Shown: positions 42,436 to 52,418, counted from the first letter of the stretch. The stretch: 64,000 nucleotides of DNA from an uncultured Flavobacteriales bacterium (GCA_903837495.1 CAILUT010000006.1:392-64391); one strand, 5' to 3'. Numbers and translations: made by a program. The notes: a model not told the origin generated them from the letters alone.

Positions 42436-43029
42436 ATGCGTAATTTATCTGATCGTGAGCTTGTTGAATTGTATCAAAAAGGCCAGCCCAAAGCATTCGA
42501 AGTGATTTTAGAGCGACACGGCTCCAAAATTATGGGAAAAATTGTGAATACTGTCCGCGATGTGGAAGTGGCCGCCGATGTTTTTCAGGAAACCATGCTC
42601 AAAGCGGTTGAGTACCTGCAAGGCAATCGGTACCAAGAAAAAGGCCATTTTTTGGCCTTGGTTTACCGCATAGCTCACAACGAGTGCATCAACGTATTTC
42701 GGCACGGAAAAAAGATGCCGAAAATGGAATTGGAAAACAAAAAAGAAGGGGAGTTGATGGATGTTTTTGAATTGCTGGATTTGGAAGATGGAAACGTTGA
42801 AGAGCTGCTGTTCGATGCTGAATTGCGGGCGCAATTGGAAGCCCTGGTGGGCAGGCTTCCCAAAGAGCAAAAAGAAGTGGTGTGGCTGCGCATGTATGCG
42901 GGCCTGAGTTTTCAAGAAATTGCCGACCAAACTGGGGTAAGCATCAACACCGGGCTGGGCCGCATGCGCTATGCCCTTATCAACATGCGGAGAATGGTTG
43001 AGCAGCAGCGCTTGGAGCTGATGGGGTAG
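42436..43029 (+). CDS. RNA polymerase ECF-type sigma-70 factor
   Basis: Region 2 (…FEVILERHGSKIMGKIVN…) and region 4 HTH (…EQKEVVWLRMYAGLSFQEIADQTGVSINTGLGRMRYAL…). Confidence 0.85.
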   Translation: MRNLSDRELVELYQKGQPKAFEVILERHGSKIMGKIVNTVRDVEVAADVFQETMLKAVEYLQGNRYQEKGHFLALVYRIAHNECINVFRHGKKMPKMELENKKEGELMDVFELLDLEDGNVEELLFDAELRAQLEALVGRLPKEQKEVVWLRMYAGLSFQEIADQTGVSINTGLGRMRYALINMRRMVEQQRLELMG

Positions 43030-43248
43030 GCATGCAATAAAGGAAGGTAAACTGCGTTGTAGCTTAAAAAAAAGCCTATGACCCAGTTTTCCTCCTCCTC
43101 TTATTCCGATTCGTCCGACCCCTCTTGGACCCGTCATCCTGCGTATTTGCGGGCGGTACAGCGCATACTTACTCAGGTAAAATCAAAGCAAGTGCTTGCA
43201 AGCCGGTACATGGACCGGGTCCATATTTTTTTGAATTGAACGTTGGAT

Positions 43249-43395
43249 TGGGGCGCTTTTTCCGGCTGTCGCTGCAAGTCCTCGCCCCCGCAGGGCAAGC
43301 GGCAGCGCGTTGCGGTGGCTCCCAAGGTCGCCTCCTCACGGCGGCCGCTTTGCCCTGCCGGGGCTGTGGGCTTTCCGCATCCATCCGGAGCGCCG
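43249..43395 (+). repeat. GC-rich terminator-associated repeat element, copy c1
   Basis: T-run, then GGGGCGCTTTTTCCGGCTGTCGCTGCAAGTCCTCGC…GGCTCCCAAGGTCGCC…CATCCGGAGCGCCGC. Confidence 0.6.
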
Positions 43396-43435
43396 CTTCC
43401 TAAACGCAGTTCTTCATTTTAAAGGCCTTTTGGGC

Positions 43436-43590
43436 GATGCGGCCCTGCCCCGGATGGAATAAGGTAGCTAAAGCGGTGCAGGCCATAGGCCCACCGACCG
43501 AGGAGGCGACCTTGGGAGCCACCGCAGGGCGCTGTGGGCCTTGGCCTGCACCGCTTTACTACCTATGACAGCCGGAAATGGCAGCCCCCA
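43436..43590 (-). repeat. GC-rich repeat element, copy c2, inverted relative to c1. Sits immediately after the 3' end of the DASS transporter gene.
   Basis: The reverse complement reads TTTTTTT-GGGGGCTGCCATTTCCGGCTGTCATAGGTAGTAAAGCGG…GGCTCCCAAGGTCGCCTCC…GCTACCTTATTCCATCCGGGGCAGGGCCGCATC. Confidence 0.6.
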
Positions 43591-43596
43591 AAAAAA

Positions 43597-45009
43597 TCAA
43601 GAAAACAGTCCGGGAAAAAAATAAAAAACCAGTCCGCAAGCCAGAAGGATGATGCAACAGGCCAGTGCATTTAACCAAAAACCCGCCGTTGCCATGTCTT
43701 TGATTGTCAATTCACTGCCGCTAAAAACGATGGCATTTGGCGGAGTTGCCATGGGGAACATAAAGGCCATGCTGCTGGCCAGGGTAACCGGAATGGCGAA
43801 GAACAGCGGATGCAATTCCAGGCCTTTGGCCGCCGCAATGACGATGGGTAGCAGCAGCGTTACCAAGGCCACATTGCTCATGAATTCGGTTAAAAACAGG
43901 GCTGCAACCGTAAAAATGCCCATTAAAATCCAGGGATTTCCGATGCCCAATTGAAGCAGCATGTCGCTGAGCAGCAGAATGAAGCCCGATGATTCAAGTC
44001 CTTTGGCCAAAGCAAAGCCTCCGCCGAACAGCAAAATTACTCCCCATGCCAGGTTGTGGGTGTCTTTCCATTCCAAAATTGAACTTGGGGATTTGCCGTG
44101 TTCTTGGGCGGGAATCAGGAACAAGAGCATGGCGCCGCAAATGGCTACTGTGCTGTCAGACATGGGTATTCCCAGCCAGCTGCCCAGCCAAGGGCCGAGC
44201 ATCCAGCCCAAAATGGTCAGGCTAAAAATACCCACAACCCGAACTTGGGTTTTGGAAAGCCTAGATTGGCCGCCGAAGAAATGGGAGCCCGGCAGTTCAA
44301 CATCAAGCTCCTGAGATTTCCAGCGGAATTGGAGCAGCAGGTACATGGCTAGGAGTAAAACCGCCGACAAAGGAAGGCCCAGGGACATCCAATTAAAAAA
44401 GCCCAGTTGGATTCCGGCATTTTGTTCGCTTAGGCCGCGCAACACCGCGTTTGGGGGAGTGCCAATTAGGGTTGCAATGCCCCCGATGCTGCTGGCATAG
44501 GCCAAGGCAAGCAACAGGCGTTTGCGAAATTGGGGGGCCCAGCTGCCGCGAACGTGTGGGAAAACCGAAAGGGCCATGGGCAGCATCATCATGGTGGTGG
44601 CGGTGTTGCTGATCCACATGCTTAAAAAAGCCGTGGCCAACGAAAAGCCCAGCAGCAATCGTTTGGGCTGCCTGCCGGTTCGGCTCAAAATCCAATGGGC
44701 GATAGCGGTGTGAAGCTGGTGTTTTTCAAGGGCTAAGGCCAGCAGAAATCCGCCAAAAAAAAGGAAAACAACCTCGTGGCCATACGCTGCGGCGGTGGTT
44801 TTTAAATCAAGAACTCCAAAGCTGGGAAACAAAATAAGGGGCAAAAGGGCGGTAACGGGCATGGGAACGGCCTGGGTAATCCACCAAACCAGCATCCAAA
44901 CGGCCGAAAGCACAATGGGAAAAAGGTCGGGTTTGCCTAGGGCCTGCGACATCAAAAAAGCAAGCAGCCAACCGAGTGTTGGGCCTAGTAGTATTTTCAG
45001 GGTTGACAT
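43597..45009 (-). CDS. DASS/SLC13-family anion (di/tricarboxylate or sulfate) : Na+ symporter
   Basis: Roughly 470-aa polytopic membrane protein with the SLC13-like repeat architecture. ATG at 45009. The ORF track extends to a TTG at 45015. Confidence 0.8.
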   Translation of the reverse strand: MSTLKILLGPTLGWLLAFLMSQALGKPDLFPIVLSAVWMLVWWITQAVPMPVTALLPLILFPSFGVLDLKTTAAAYGHEVVFLFFGGFLLALALEKHQLHTAIAHWILSRTGRQPKRLLLGFSLATAFLSMWISNTATTMMMLPMALSVFPHVRGSWAPQFRKRLLLALAYASSIGGIATLIGTPPNAVLRGLSEQNAGIQLGFFNWMSLGLPLSAVLLLAMYLLLQFRWKSQELDVELPGSHFFGGQSRLSKTQVRVVGIFSLTILGWMLGPWLGSWLGIPMSDSTVAICGAMLLFLIPAQEHGKSPSSILEWKDTHNLAWGVILLFGGGFALAKGLESSGFILLLSDMLLQLGIGNPWILMGIFTVAALFLTEFMSNVALVTLLLPIVIAAAKGLELHPLFFAIPVTLASSMAFMFPMATPPNAIVFSGSELTIKDMATAGFWLNALACCIILLACGLVFYFFPGLFS

Positions 45010-45112
45010 GCTCAAAAGTAAGGAATGGTTTTTTTAAAATAGGGTAGGGAATGAATTGGATATGGCCTACACATGGTGATTTTCAGGTTTCCATTCATTG
45101 CAAAGATTTTGT

Positions 45113-45365
45113 GTCTAGGTTTTTAGCCACGAATGCACGAATGGGTGTGGCTGTGGCTTTAGCCACCCCTGATGAAATATATGGGGCTATGCTTTTTGCG
45201 GCTAGGTTTTTAGCCACGAATGCACGAATGGTTGTGGCTGTGTGGGTAGCCCCGAAAACGCAACATTCGTGCATTCGTGGCTAAGCAATCTGCGGCTTAC
45301 CTTCTTTACGCCAATGTCGCCCAAAAACGCAACATTCGTGCATTCGTGGCTAAGCTACCCGCGGC
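45113..45365. repeat. Composite repeat cluster: two about 40-bp direct repeats (…TTTTTAGCCACGAATGCACGAATGG…) followed by two about 55-bp direct repeats carrying the inverted complement (…AACGCAACATTCGTGCATTCGTGGCTAAGC…)
   Basis: Read directly from the sequence: A1 45113-45152, A2 45202-45241, B1 45249-45303, B2 45308-45365. A2 and B1 can form an 18-20-bp perfect hairpin. Confidence 0.85.
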
Positions 45366-45417
45366 TCACCTTCCTAGCAGATGTCCGCTTGAGACCAAAG
45401 AATAGCTCCTCCAAACC

Positions 45418-46302
45418 TTAGTTCTCCTTCTTCTTCAACAAGCCATAGCCCAAAATCCCCCCAAGAATAATCAAGCTCCCCATATAAAAGGCCCAATTTA
45501 ATTCTTGGTTTTCGTGGAAAATCCAAGCCGCCAGTACGAACCCATAAATGGGCTCCAAATTAATGGCCAGCACTACGCTGTAGGCCGAAATCTGGGTCAA
45601 CAATTTAAGGGTAACCGCAAAGGTGAAGGCTGTGCAAATGGAACCCAGCAAAAAAGTTAAAAACAAATCCATGCCGCCGGGCAAGGTGTGCAACGATTCC
45701 GGAGCCCACCAAATCAAACATAGGCCCAAGCCCAGCCAAGCTCCGATCATTTCTGCCCAGGCTATAAACAAGCCCGATGTTCCGGTTAGGGCCAGCTTTC
45801 GGTTTAATATGGTGAAAATCCCCGATAGGCTGGCCGAAATCAAGCCTACGGTTATTCCAGCTCCAAACTGGGGCACAACCCCCAAAATCATCCACAATCC
45901 CAAGCCAATAATGAGTCCAACCATAGGCTCCATCCAACCAATCTTGGTCCGAAAAAACAGGGGCTCTAAAAAGGCCACAAACAAGGAGGTGGCGCTCATG
46001 CTGGCCAAGGTTACCGATACGTTCGAAATTTTTATGGCATGGAAAAACGTGGCCCAGTGGGCTCCCACCACCAAACCCGTGGCCATGGATAAGCCCAACA
46101 TTTTCCAAAAGCGGGCGGGAATAACGCCTTTTTTAAATAAAAAGGGGGCTAGGCATAGGGCGGCAAACAAGACCCTCCACCAAACCAAGGTAACTCCATC
46201 CAGGCTTATCCATTTGCCTAATATGCCGGTAAAACCAAAAATAAAAACGGTAAGGTGCAAAAGCCCCTGGCTTTTCCATCCGGCTTCCGGAGTCCATCGC
46301 AT
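45418..46302 (-). CDS. EamA/DMT-family transporter
   Basis: 10-TM duplicated EamA architecture, 294 aa. Confidence 0.8.
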   Translation of the reverse strand: MRWTPEAGWKSQGLLHLTVFIFGFTGILGKWISLDGVTLVWWRVLFAALCLAPFLFKKGVIPARFWKMLGLSMATGLVVGAHWATFFHAIKISNVSVTLASMSATSLFVAFLEPLFFRTKIGWMEPMVGLIIGLGLWMILGVVPQFGAGITVGLISASLSGIFTILNRKLALTGTSGLFIAWAEMIGAWLGLGLCLIWWAPESLHTLPGGMDLFLTFLLGSICTAFTFAVTLKLLTQISAYSVVLAINLEPIYGFVLAAWIFHENQELNWAFYMGSLIILGGILGYGLLKKKEN

Positions 46303-46307
46303 ATAGC

Positions 46308-46775
46308 TTATTGCCCGGATTTATTTTCTAGGGCCGCGATTTTTTTCTGCAAGAACAGCAGGTAGCCCAACACCGCAGCAAACAACACAAACACTACGGC
46401 AATTACTACCCAAATTTTCCCGTCTTTGCGCATTCCGGTGGCCATTTCAATTACGTTGGCCTCTACATACACGGTTCGATGTTGTTCGTTTTGCCACAGT
46501 TCGATGCGGTTGTCCACATACACGCCTTCGGCGGTTTGGCTTTTTATGTCGATTCGGTAGGGGCGGGCAGAGGCGGGTATGTTTCCTTTGCACAGAACCA
46601 CTCCCTTGCTGCTAACTTCAAACAGGGTGGTATCGCAGTTGCCAACCTGAAAGGAGCGGATGCCCCCGTTCAGCCGATTCAAATCAACCAAGGTATCGGC
46701 AGGCAAGCTGGCGAACAGCGGCATGGGCAGGCATGCCAAGAGGAACAGCAGGCGAATCACATTAAGATTGGGCAT
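46308..46775 (-). CDS. Hypothetical membrane-anchored protein at the end of the ccmBC cluster (signal-like N-terminus and C-terminal TM helix)
   Basis: 155-aa ORF overlapping ccmC by 14 nt. The C-terminal IWVVIAVVFVLFAAVLGYLLF helix looks CcmD-like. No CcmE signature. Confidence 0.4.
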   Translation of the reverse strand: MPNLNVIRLLFLLACLPMPLFASLPADTLVDLNRLNGGIRSFQVGNCDTTLFEVSSKGVVLCKGNIPASARPYRIDIKSQTAEGVYVDNRIELWQNEQHRTVYVEANVIEMATGMRKDGKIWVVIAVVFVLFAAVLGYLLFLQKKIAALENKSGQ

Positions 46776-47433
46776 GAGAAATTCGGGTTAAATGTTGGAT
46801 GCGGAAGCTCAAATTGGCCAGCCAAAAACCAAGCAAGGTCCAAGCCAAAATGGCCGGATAAAAAACCAAACGCATGTCGTTTTTCAGGTCTTTGTAATTT
46901 CCGAAACCGGGGTTGCCGCCTTTGCCGGGGTGCAGGGAATCTACATCTTGCATGCGGGGCAGAATAACAATCAATACCACCATTAAAACAAAGGCGAATA
47001 TGCCATACACGGCCGAGATCTCGGCGCGTTTTCGGGCATCGGGAATAGAGGCCCTTAAAACCATGTAAGCCAAATAGGCCAAAATGGTGATGGCGGCTCC
47101 GTTTAACTGAGGGTCTTTGGTCCAAAACGTATCCCAAGTAAAGCGGGCCCAAATCATGCCGGTAACAATGCCGATGCATCCATACAACAGAGCCACTTGG
47201 GTTAGGGCCAAGGATTTTTCGTCGCGGATGGGGTTGTTGTGGCGAAGGTATGCAATGCCATGCACCACCGAGGCCAAGAGCAAGATGAACATAGAAAACC
47301 ACATGGTTACATGCCAGTATAGGTTCCGAATGGTTTCGTGCAAGATGGGCTGAACCGAAACTTCACCCAAAAAAGCCATGGGAATAACCCAAAACATAGC
47401 GGCAACGGCGGTGATTTTCAGGTAGGTTTTCAT
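46762..47433 (-). CDS. ccmC: Heme exporter protein CcmC
   Basis: Trp-rich WWD region …WARFTWDTFWTKDP… and 6 TM helices. Confidence 0.8.
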   Translation of the reverse strand: MKTYLKITAVAAMFWVIPMAFLGEVSVQPILHETIRNLYWHVTMWFSMFILLLASVVHGIAYLRHNNPIRDEKSLALTQVALLYGCIGIVTGMIWARFTWDTFWTKDPQLNGAAITILAYLAYMVLRASIPDARKRAEISAVYGIFAFVLMVVLIVILPRMQDVDSLHPGKGGNPGFGNYKDLKNDMRLVFYPAILAWTLLGFWLANLSFRIQHLTRISHAQS

Positions 47434-47437
47434 GCGG

Positions 47438-48097
47438 TTATTCGCGCCAAAGGTAAGGAAATAGGAGGTAACCCAAGGCCACCGCCAGCAAGTTTAGCAG
47501 CAGCAGCATGCCCGCATACATCCATGCCTGCGCCAATCCGCCCTGCAAGGCAAATAGACTGCCTTTGGCCGCCGCCATTAAGGTTGGAACCATTAGGGGC
47601 AGACCTAAAATGGCTGAAAGTCCAGGGCCATTCCCAGAAACCGAGGCCACCGCTGCCATAAAGGTACCCAAAGCGGCCGCGGCCGAACTGCCCACCGCCA
47701 CCAACACCAGCAATACGGGTAGGTGGCCGCCCGGCAGACCCATCAGCAAGCAAAAAACAGCAAAGCCCAAGCAACCCGACACCAAATTAAATGCCATTTG
47801 GTACAGCATTCGGGCCAAAATCAACTGCCCCGGTTGCAGCCAGAAGTACAAAAGGATTTTGCGGCCAGGACTGTCGGACGCAAAGGAACGAGAACTCGAA
47901 TTGACGATGGAGAACAGAAGAACAATCCACAGCAATCCAACCCAAACTTCAGATTCTTGTATTTCACCTACTGCCTGGTATGCCACCACCAGGCTCACCA
48001 AAACATACAATATGGCTCCTTGAATCCCGGCTTTTTGCCTTAATTCCAACTGCCATTCGTGGCGCATCCAGGTCCAAATAGAGGATAGGCTGTTCAT
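47438..48097 (-). CDS. ccmB: Heme exporter protein CcmB (ABC permease)
   Basis: 219 aa, 6 TM helices, precedes ccmC. Confidence 0.75.
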   Translation of the reverse strand: MNSLSSIWTWMRHEWQLELRQKAGIQGAILYVLVSLVVAYQAVGEIQESEVWVGLLWIVLLFSIVNSSSRSFASDSPGRKILLYFWLQPGQLILARMLYQMAFNLVSGCLGFAVFCLLMGLPGGHLPVLLVLVAVGSSAAAALGTFMAAVASVSGNGPGLSAILGLPLMVPTLMAAAKGSLFALQGGLAQAWMYAGMLLLLNLLAVALGYLLFPYLWRE

Positions 48098-49491
48098 CCA
48101 ATTTCAAATTCCTGTTGAAGGTCGGGTATCAGCACCTTTGAAAATCCATTTTCCTGCAAGCGGTTGGCCCAGTTCTTTTGCACATGCTCTTCTCCATGAA
48201 CCAAAAACACGGTTTTCAGCTTTTCTGGTTTTTGTAGGCACAAATACTCCAGCATTTCTTCCCAGTCGGCATGTCCACTAAAGCTGCCGGCCCTCACAAT
48301 TTTGGCCCGAACAGGAATGTCTTCTCCAAACAAGCGAACGCTTGCGGCGCCAGAAATTAGTTGACCGCCTAAAGTAGAGGGCTCGGCATATCCAACCACC
48401 AAAACCGCATTTTTGGGGTTCGACAAATGGTTGAATAGGTGATGCCGAATGCGGCCCGCATCCATCATTCCACTAGCCGAAACCACCACAGCTCCGTCTC
48501 GGATTTGATGGATGGCCTTGCTTTCATCTACGGTTTTTGGGAAATGTAGATTTGGAAATGAAAACGGGGACGCATCAAAAGATAGATACCGCTGAAACCG
48601 TTCGTTGAAAGCGGATAGGTGGTTTTTAAATATCTCTGTTCCTTTTGTGGCCAAAGGACTATCTACAAAAATGGGGATTTCGGGCAGCGATTCAAAATTG
48701 TGCAGGTAATCCATCGCAAAAATAAGCTCTTGGGTACGGCCAATGGAAAAGGCAGGAATCAATAATTTCCCCTTTTTTCGAATGCAAACCGATTGAATTA
48801 AATCCCGCAGGTCAAAAGGCCCAAAATTTTCTTCTTTGTGCAAACGGTCTCCATAGGTGCTTTCGCAAATTAGGTAGTCCACCTCAGGCAGCGGAATGGG
48901 CGGCTTTAGCATGCCTGGGTCGGGACGGCCGATGTCGCCCGTAAATCCGACACGAAGGGTTTTGCCCTGCTCCTTTACCTCTAAAACCACGGCAACACTG
49001 CCCAACAAATGCCCGTTGTCAACCAATGTGCATTTAATTTGGGCCGACAGCTCAAACGGAATTTGGCTGGGCACCGGACGAACCAATTTTAGACATTTTT
49101 CAACATCTTTTATGGTGTAAAGGGGCTTCCTGGGTTCGTCTTTGGGGTGGCGCTTGTTGTGAAAGGCGGCGTCTGCTTCTTGAATGTGGGCCGAATCCAA
49201 CAGCATGATTTCAAGCAAATCGCCCGTTGCCTCGGTGCAATAAATAGGGCCCGAAAAGCCTTGCTTCACCAACATGGGAAGTAGCCCAGAATGGTCAATG
49301 TGGGCATGCGATAAAACCACGGCATTTACTTCCATGGGGTTGAATCCAAAATGCCGGTTTAATACCTTAAATCGGGGGTCATAGCCCTGAAACAAACCGC
49401 AATCCAACAAAAGACCAAAACCCTCTTGGGTTTTTATGAGGTGTTTGCTCCCCGTTACCGTTTTGGCGGCCCCATAAAATGTTATTTTCAC
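48094..49491 (-). CDS. MBL-fold beta-CASP RNA-metabolising hydrolase (RNase J/CPSF-like)
   Basis: HAHIDHSG motif, beta-CASP region and a C-terminal RMMBL-like …GHADWEEM…. Confidence 0.8.
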   Translation of the reverse strand: MKITFYGAAKTVTGSKHLIKTQEGFGLLLDCGLFQGYDPRFKVLNRHFGFNPMEVNAVVLSHAHIDHSGLLPMLVKQGFSGPIYCTEATGDLLEIMLLDSAHIQEADAAFHNKRHPKDEPRKPLYTIKDVEKCLKLVRPVPSQIPFELSAQIKCTLVDNGHLLGSVAVVLEVKEQGKTLRVGFTGDIGRPDPGMLKPPIPLPEVDYLICESTYGDRLHKEENFGPFDLRDLIQSVCIRKKGKLLIPAFSIGRTQELIFAMDYLHNFESLPEIPIFVDSPLATKGTEIFKNHLSAFNERFQRYLSFDASPFSFPNLHFPKTVDESKAIHQIRDGAVVVSASGMMDAGRIRHHLFNHLSNPKNAVLVVGYAEPSTLGGQLISGAASVRLFGEDIPVRAKIVRAGSFSGHADWEEMLEYLCLQKPEKLKTVFLVHGEEHVQKNWANRLQENGFSKVLIPDLQQEFEIG

Positions 49492-49524
49492 TCCGTAAAA
49501 GTAGGTATTTACTACATTTACCTT

Positions 49525-50265
49525 ATGAATTCTTTCCGCCTTCTGTTTTTTTTGCTTCTGCCGGTTCTAGGCTGCTCTACCGGAGATGCAGATGTTGAGG
49601 TTATTCCTGTTTTGGAATGGGAAGGCCAGGCTCTTTCCCTGAACCAAGATGCACTGCGAAACGGGCAATCCCTGCGCTTTACCGAAATTTCATTTTACCT
49701 GTCGGATGCCCACGTTCTGCAAGGAAATTCGAAATCCAATCCTCAAGGCATCGGTTTGTTTAAGAACGGACTCGGAAGTTTTTGGGTGGCGGTACCCCAG
49801 GCCATCAATCCAGATACCTTTTATTTTAGTTTGGGGGTCCCCGGCAGCCTAAACGACTCCACCGGTTCCTTAGCCATTCCCGCTTGGCAGTACGGCGATG
49901 AACACCCTTTGTCGGCGGCTCAAAACATGTATTGGTCTTGGAAACCCGGCTATGTTTTCATGAAATTGGAAGGAAGAATTGACCTGGACGGCGATGGGCA
50001 ATACGTTTCGGCGGGCGAAACCTTTTCGATTCACACCGGCTTAAATTCGTTGTTGCGCACCCTTGCCCTGGCAAATCCCAGCAGCCCGTTGGCTGCTAAA
50101 TATGCCTTGAAAATAGACCTTGCTAGGTTGTTTGATGGCTATGATTTGCAGGGTGCTGGATTGAATGTGCATGCCATGAGTACCCAAGATGCCGATTTTG
50201 CACGGGCAGAATACATCAGCAACAGGCTTCCGTATGCTTTTTATGCACTGGAACCGCTTCCTTAA
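49525..50265 (+). CDS. Lipoprotein, possibly an MbnP-family partner of the adjacent di-haem peroxidase
   Basis: Lipobox LPVLGC. About 245 aa. Genomic pairing with a di-haem CCP-like gene mirrors the MbnP/MbnH arrangement. Sequence-level assignment is uncertain. Confidence 0.4.
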   Translation: MNSFRLLFFLLLPVLGCSTGDADVEVIPVLEWEGQALSLNQDALRNGQSLRFTEISFYLSDAHVLQGNSKSNPQGIGLFKNGLGSFWVAVPQAINPDTFYFSLGVPGSLNDSTGSLAIPAWQYGDEHPLSAAQNMYWSWKPGYVFMKLEGRIDLDGDGQYVSAGETFSIHTGLNSLLRTLALANPSSPLAAKYALKIDLARLFDGYDLQGAGLNVHAMSTQDADFARAEYISNRLPYAFYALEPLP

Positions 50266-51121
50266 ATTTGCCGGTTCATTTCTGGCCATGTCGGGCTGCA
50301 CCTTGGGTTCCAATACCCCTGTTGCTTCCGATTTGGACTCGGCCGCCTATGTTGAACTCGGAAAATCCCTATTCTTCGAAACGGCCTGGTCAAAAAATGG
50401 AGCCGTTTCCTGTGCCCATTGCCACCGGCCCGAGTTTGCTTATTCCGACACCCTATCCATGGCCGGCGGAAATGCCTTTGGCGTTCCTGCCCGCAATATT
50501 CCTTCGTTGTTGGGCGTTTCGTTAAAATCAACCTTGAATTGGGATGGGGGTGTACGGTCTTTGGAGGAGCAGGCCTTGATTCCGTTGCATGCCGAAGGCG
50601 ATTTCGGACTTCCGCCGGCCGAATCCTTAAAACGCCTTCAGGGCAAAGACTACCTAAGCAAATGCAAGCCCAACTTAAACTTGAAAACGGCAGTTACGGC
50701 TTTGGCTCGATTTCAGGAATCGCTGCAACTCCCCGAACCCCTCATTGACAAGGATTACCGTGCTGGTTTAGTATGGTTTAAGAATAAAAACTGCCAAAAT
50801 TGCCATGCTGGGCCTACCTTTAGCGATGGGCAATTTCACCGTTTAAAAGGAGTTAAAACCAGCACCGATTTGGGGCGGTACCGCATTACGGGAATGCCTC
50901 AAGATTCCTTTGCATTTATTACCCCAGCTTTGCCAACCTCTTGGCTGTCGCCCCCTTTCTTGCACGATGGACAGGCCAAAAACCTGCACGAGGCCATGCA
51001 GGCCCACGGCCTTGAATTCAGCCCCGCCGAAATTCAAGTCCTTGAACTCTTCTTGCAAAGATTGGCTGGAATGGGCGCAAAAAAAAACAGCTCAGCAACC
51101 CCTCAACCCCCTTTTCTTTAA
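50243..51121 (+). CDS. Di-haem cytochrome c peroxidase family protein (MbnH/MauG-like)
   Basis: Two CxxCH haem motifs (CAHCH, CQNCH). Lipoprotein-type leader. Confidence 0.75.
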   Translation: MHWNRFLKFAGSFLAMSGCTLGSNTPVASDLDSAAYVELGKSLFFETAWSKNGAVSCAHCHRPEFAYSDTLSMAGGNAFGVPARNIPSLLGVSLKSTLNWDGGVRSLEEQALIPLHAEGDFGLPPAESLKRLQGKDYLSKCKPNLNLKTAVTALARFQESLQLPEPLIDKDYRAGLVWFKNKNCQNCHAGPTFSDGQFHRLKGVKTSTDLGRYRITGMPQDSFAFITPALPTSWLSPPFLHDGQAKNLHEAMQAHGLEFSPAEIQVLELFLQRLAGMGAKKNSSATPQPPFL

Positions 51122-51185
51122 GCCCGCTCAACAATTCCCCATTCCCCGTTGTTTTTTCGTAAATTTACAGCCTAAACTTAGTGCA

Positions 51186-52121
51186 ATGGAACAAGCCGAT
51201 TTGCAACGCCTTTTTGATTCAAAAATTGAACAAGAAATTCGCATTGAACCCAAAGATTGGATGCCAGAGGCATACAGAAAAAACAATCTGCGGCAAATTA
51301 GCCAGCATGCCCATTCTGAAATTGTAGGCATGCTTCCAGAGGCCAATTGGATTTCCCGAGCTCCAAGCCTTCGCCGCAAGGTAGCCCTTTTGGCTAAGGT
51401 TCAAGACGAAGCCGGGCATGGTCTTTACCTATACAGCGCCGCAGAAACCCTTGGAACTTCACGCGATGAAATGCTTGAAGACCTCAATTCGGGAAAAGCC
51501 AAATACTCTTCCATTTTCAATTATCCAACCCTAAATTGGGCAGACATTGGTGCCGTTGGTTGGTTGGTTGACGGCGCCGCCATCACCAATCAGGTGGCCT
51601 TATGCCGCACTTCCTATGGGCCATACGCCCGTGCCATGGTGCGCGTTTGCAAGGAAGAAAGTTTCCACCAACGCCAAGGCTACGAAATTATGATGTCTAT
51701 GGCTTTTGGAACCCCCGAACAAAAGCAAATGGCGCAAGACGCCTTGAACCGCTGGTGGTGGCCGGCCCTTATGATGTTCGGTCCAAACGACAGCGAAAGC
51801 CCACACAGCCAGCAATCGCTAAATTGGAAAATTAAGCGCGTTTCCAACGACGACCTGCGCCAAGAATTTATCGATAAAAGCATCCCTCAAGTGGAGTACC
51901 TTGGCCTCACTTTGCCCGACCCCGACTTAAAATGGAACGAAGAGCGCGGGCACTACGACTTTGGTCCCATCGATTGGGAGGAGTTTTACCGTGTGATTTC
52001 TGGGAACGGCCCCTGCAACAAAGATCGGCTCGAGGCCCGGAACAAAGCCCACAACGATGGAGCCTGGGTGCGCGAAGCCGCCATGGCTTTTGCCGAAAAG
52101 CGCCAAACAAATGTTGCTTAA
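51186..52121 (+). CDS. paaA: 1,2-phenylacetyl-CoA epoxidase subunit A
   Basis: Ferritin-like di-iron oxygenase motifs (…EAGHGLYLY…, …[11 protein letters not shown]…). ATG at 51186. The ORF-track extension to 50910 overlaps the upstream gene. Confidence 0.85.
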   Translation: MEQADLQRLFDSKIEQEIRIEPKDWMPEAYRKNNLRQISQHAHSEIVGMLPEANWISRAPSLRRKVALLAKVQDEAGHGLYLYSAAETLGTSRDEMLEDLNSGKAKYSSIFNYPTLNWADIGAVGWLVDGAAITNQVALCRTSYGPYARAMVRVCKEESFHQRQGYEIMMSMAFGTPEQKQMAQDALNRWWWPALMMFGPNDSESPHSQQSLNWKIKRVSNDDLRQEFIDKSIPQVEYLGLTLPDPDLKWNEERGHYDFGPIDWEEFYRVISGNGPCNKDRLEARNKAHNDGAWVREAAMAFAEKRQTNVA

Positions 52122-52130
52122 CCAACCCCT

Positions 52131-52418
52131 ATGAACAGCAAAAACTGGCCTCTGTTTGAGGTGTTTATTCGAAGCAAAAACGGTCTCAGCCACAAGCATG
52201 TAGGCAGTTTGCATGCCGCCGACCCCGCCATGGCCCTCGAAAATGCCCGCGATGTGTATTGCCGCCGAAACGAGGGCGTCTCCATTTGGGTGGTGCCCAG
52301 CGACCACATTACCGCCTCCGACCCCGGCGATGCCGAAGAACTCTATGAACCCGCCCGCGATAAAATTTACCGGCACCCAACGTTTTACACCATCCCCGAC
52401 GAAATTGGTCACATGTGA
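52131..52418 (+). CDS. paaB: 1,2-phenylacetyl-CoA epoxidase subunit B
   Basis: 95 aa. MNSKNWPLFEVF…VYCRRNEGVSIWVV. Confidence 0.85.
   Translation: MNSKNWPLFEVFIRSKNGLSHKHVGSLHAADPAMALENARDVYCRRNEGVSIWVVPSDHITASDPGDAEELYEPARDKIYRHPTFYTIPDEIGHM

Noticed and set aside
45051-45284. 77-aa ORF across the 45.1-kb repeat cluster (repetitive FLATNARM peptide)
   Set aside because: The apparent repeats in the peptide merely reflect the DNA direct repeats. The inverted copies cannot be coding in the same frame.
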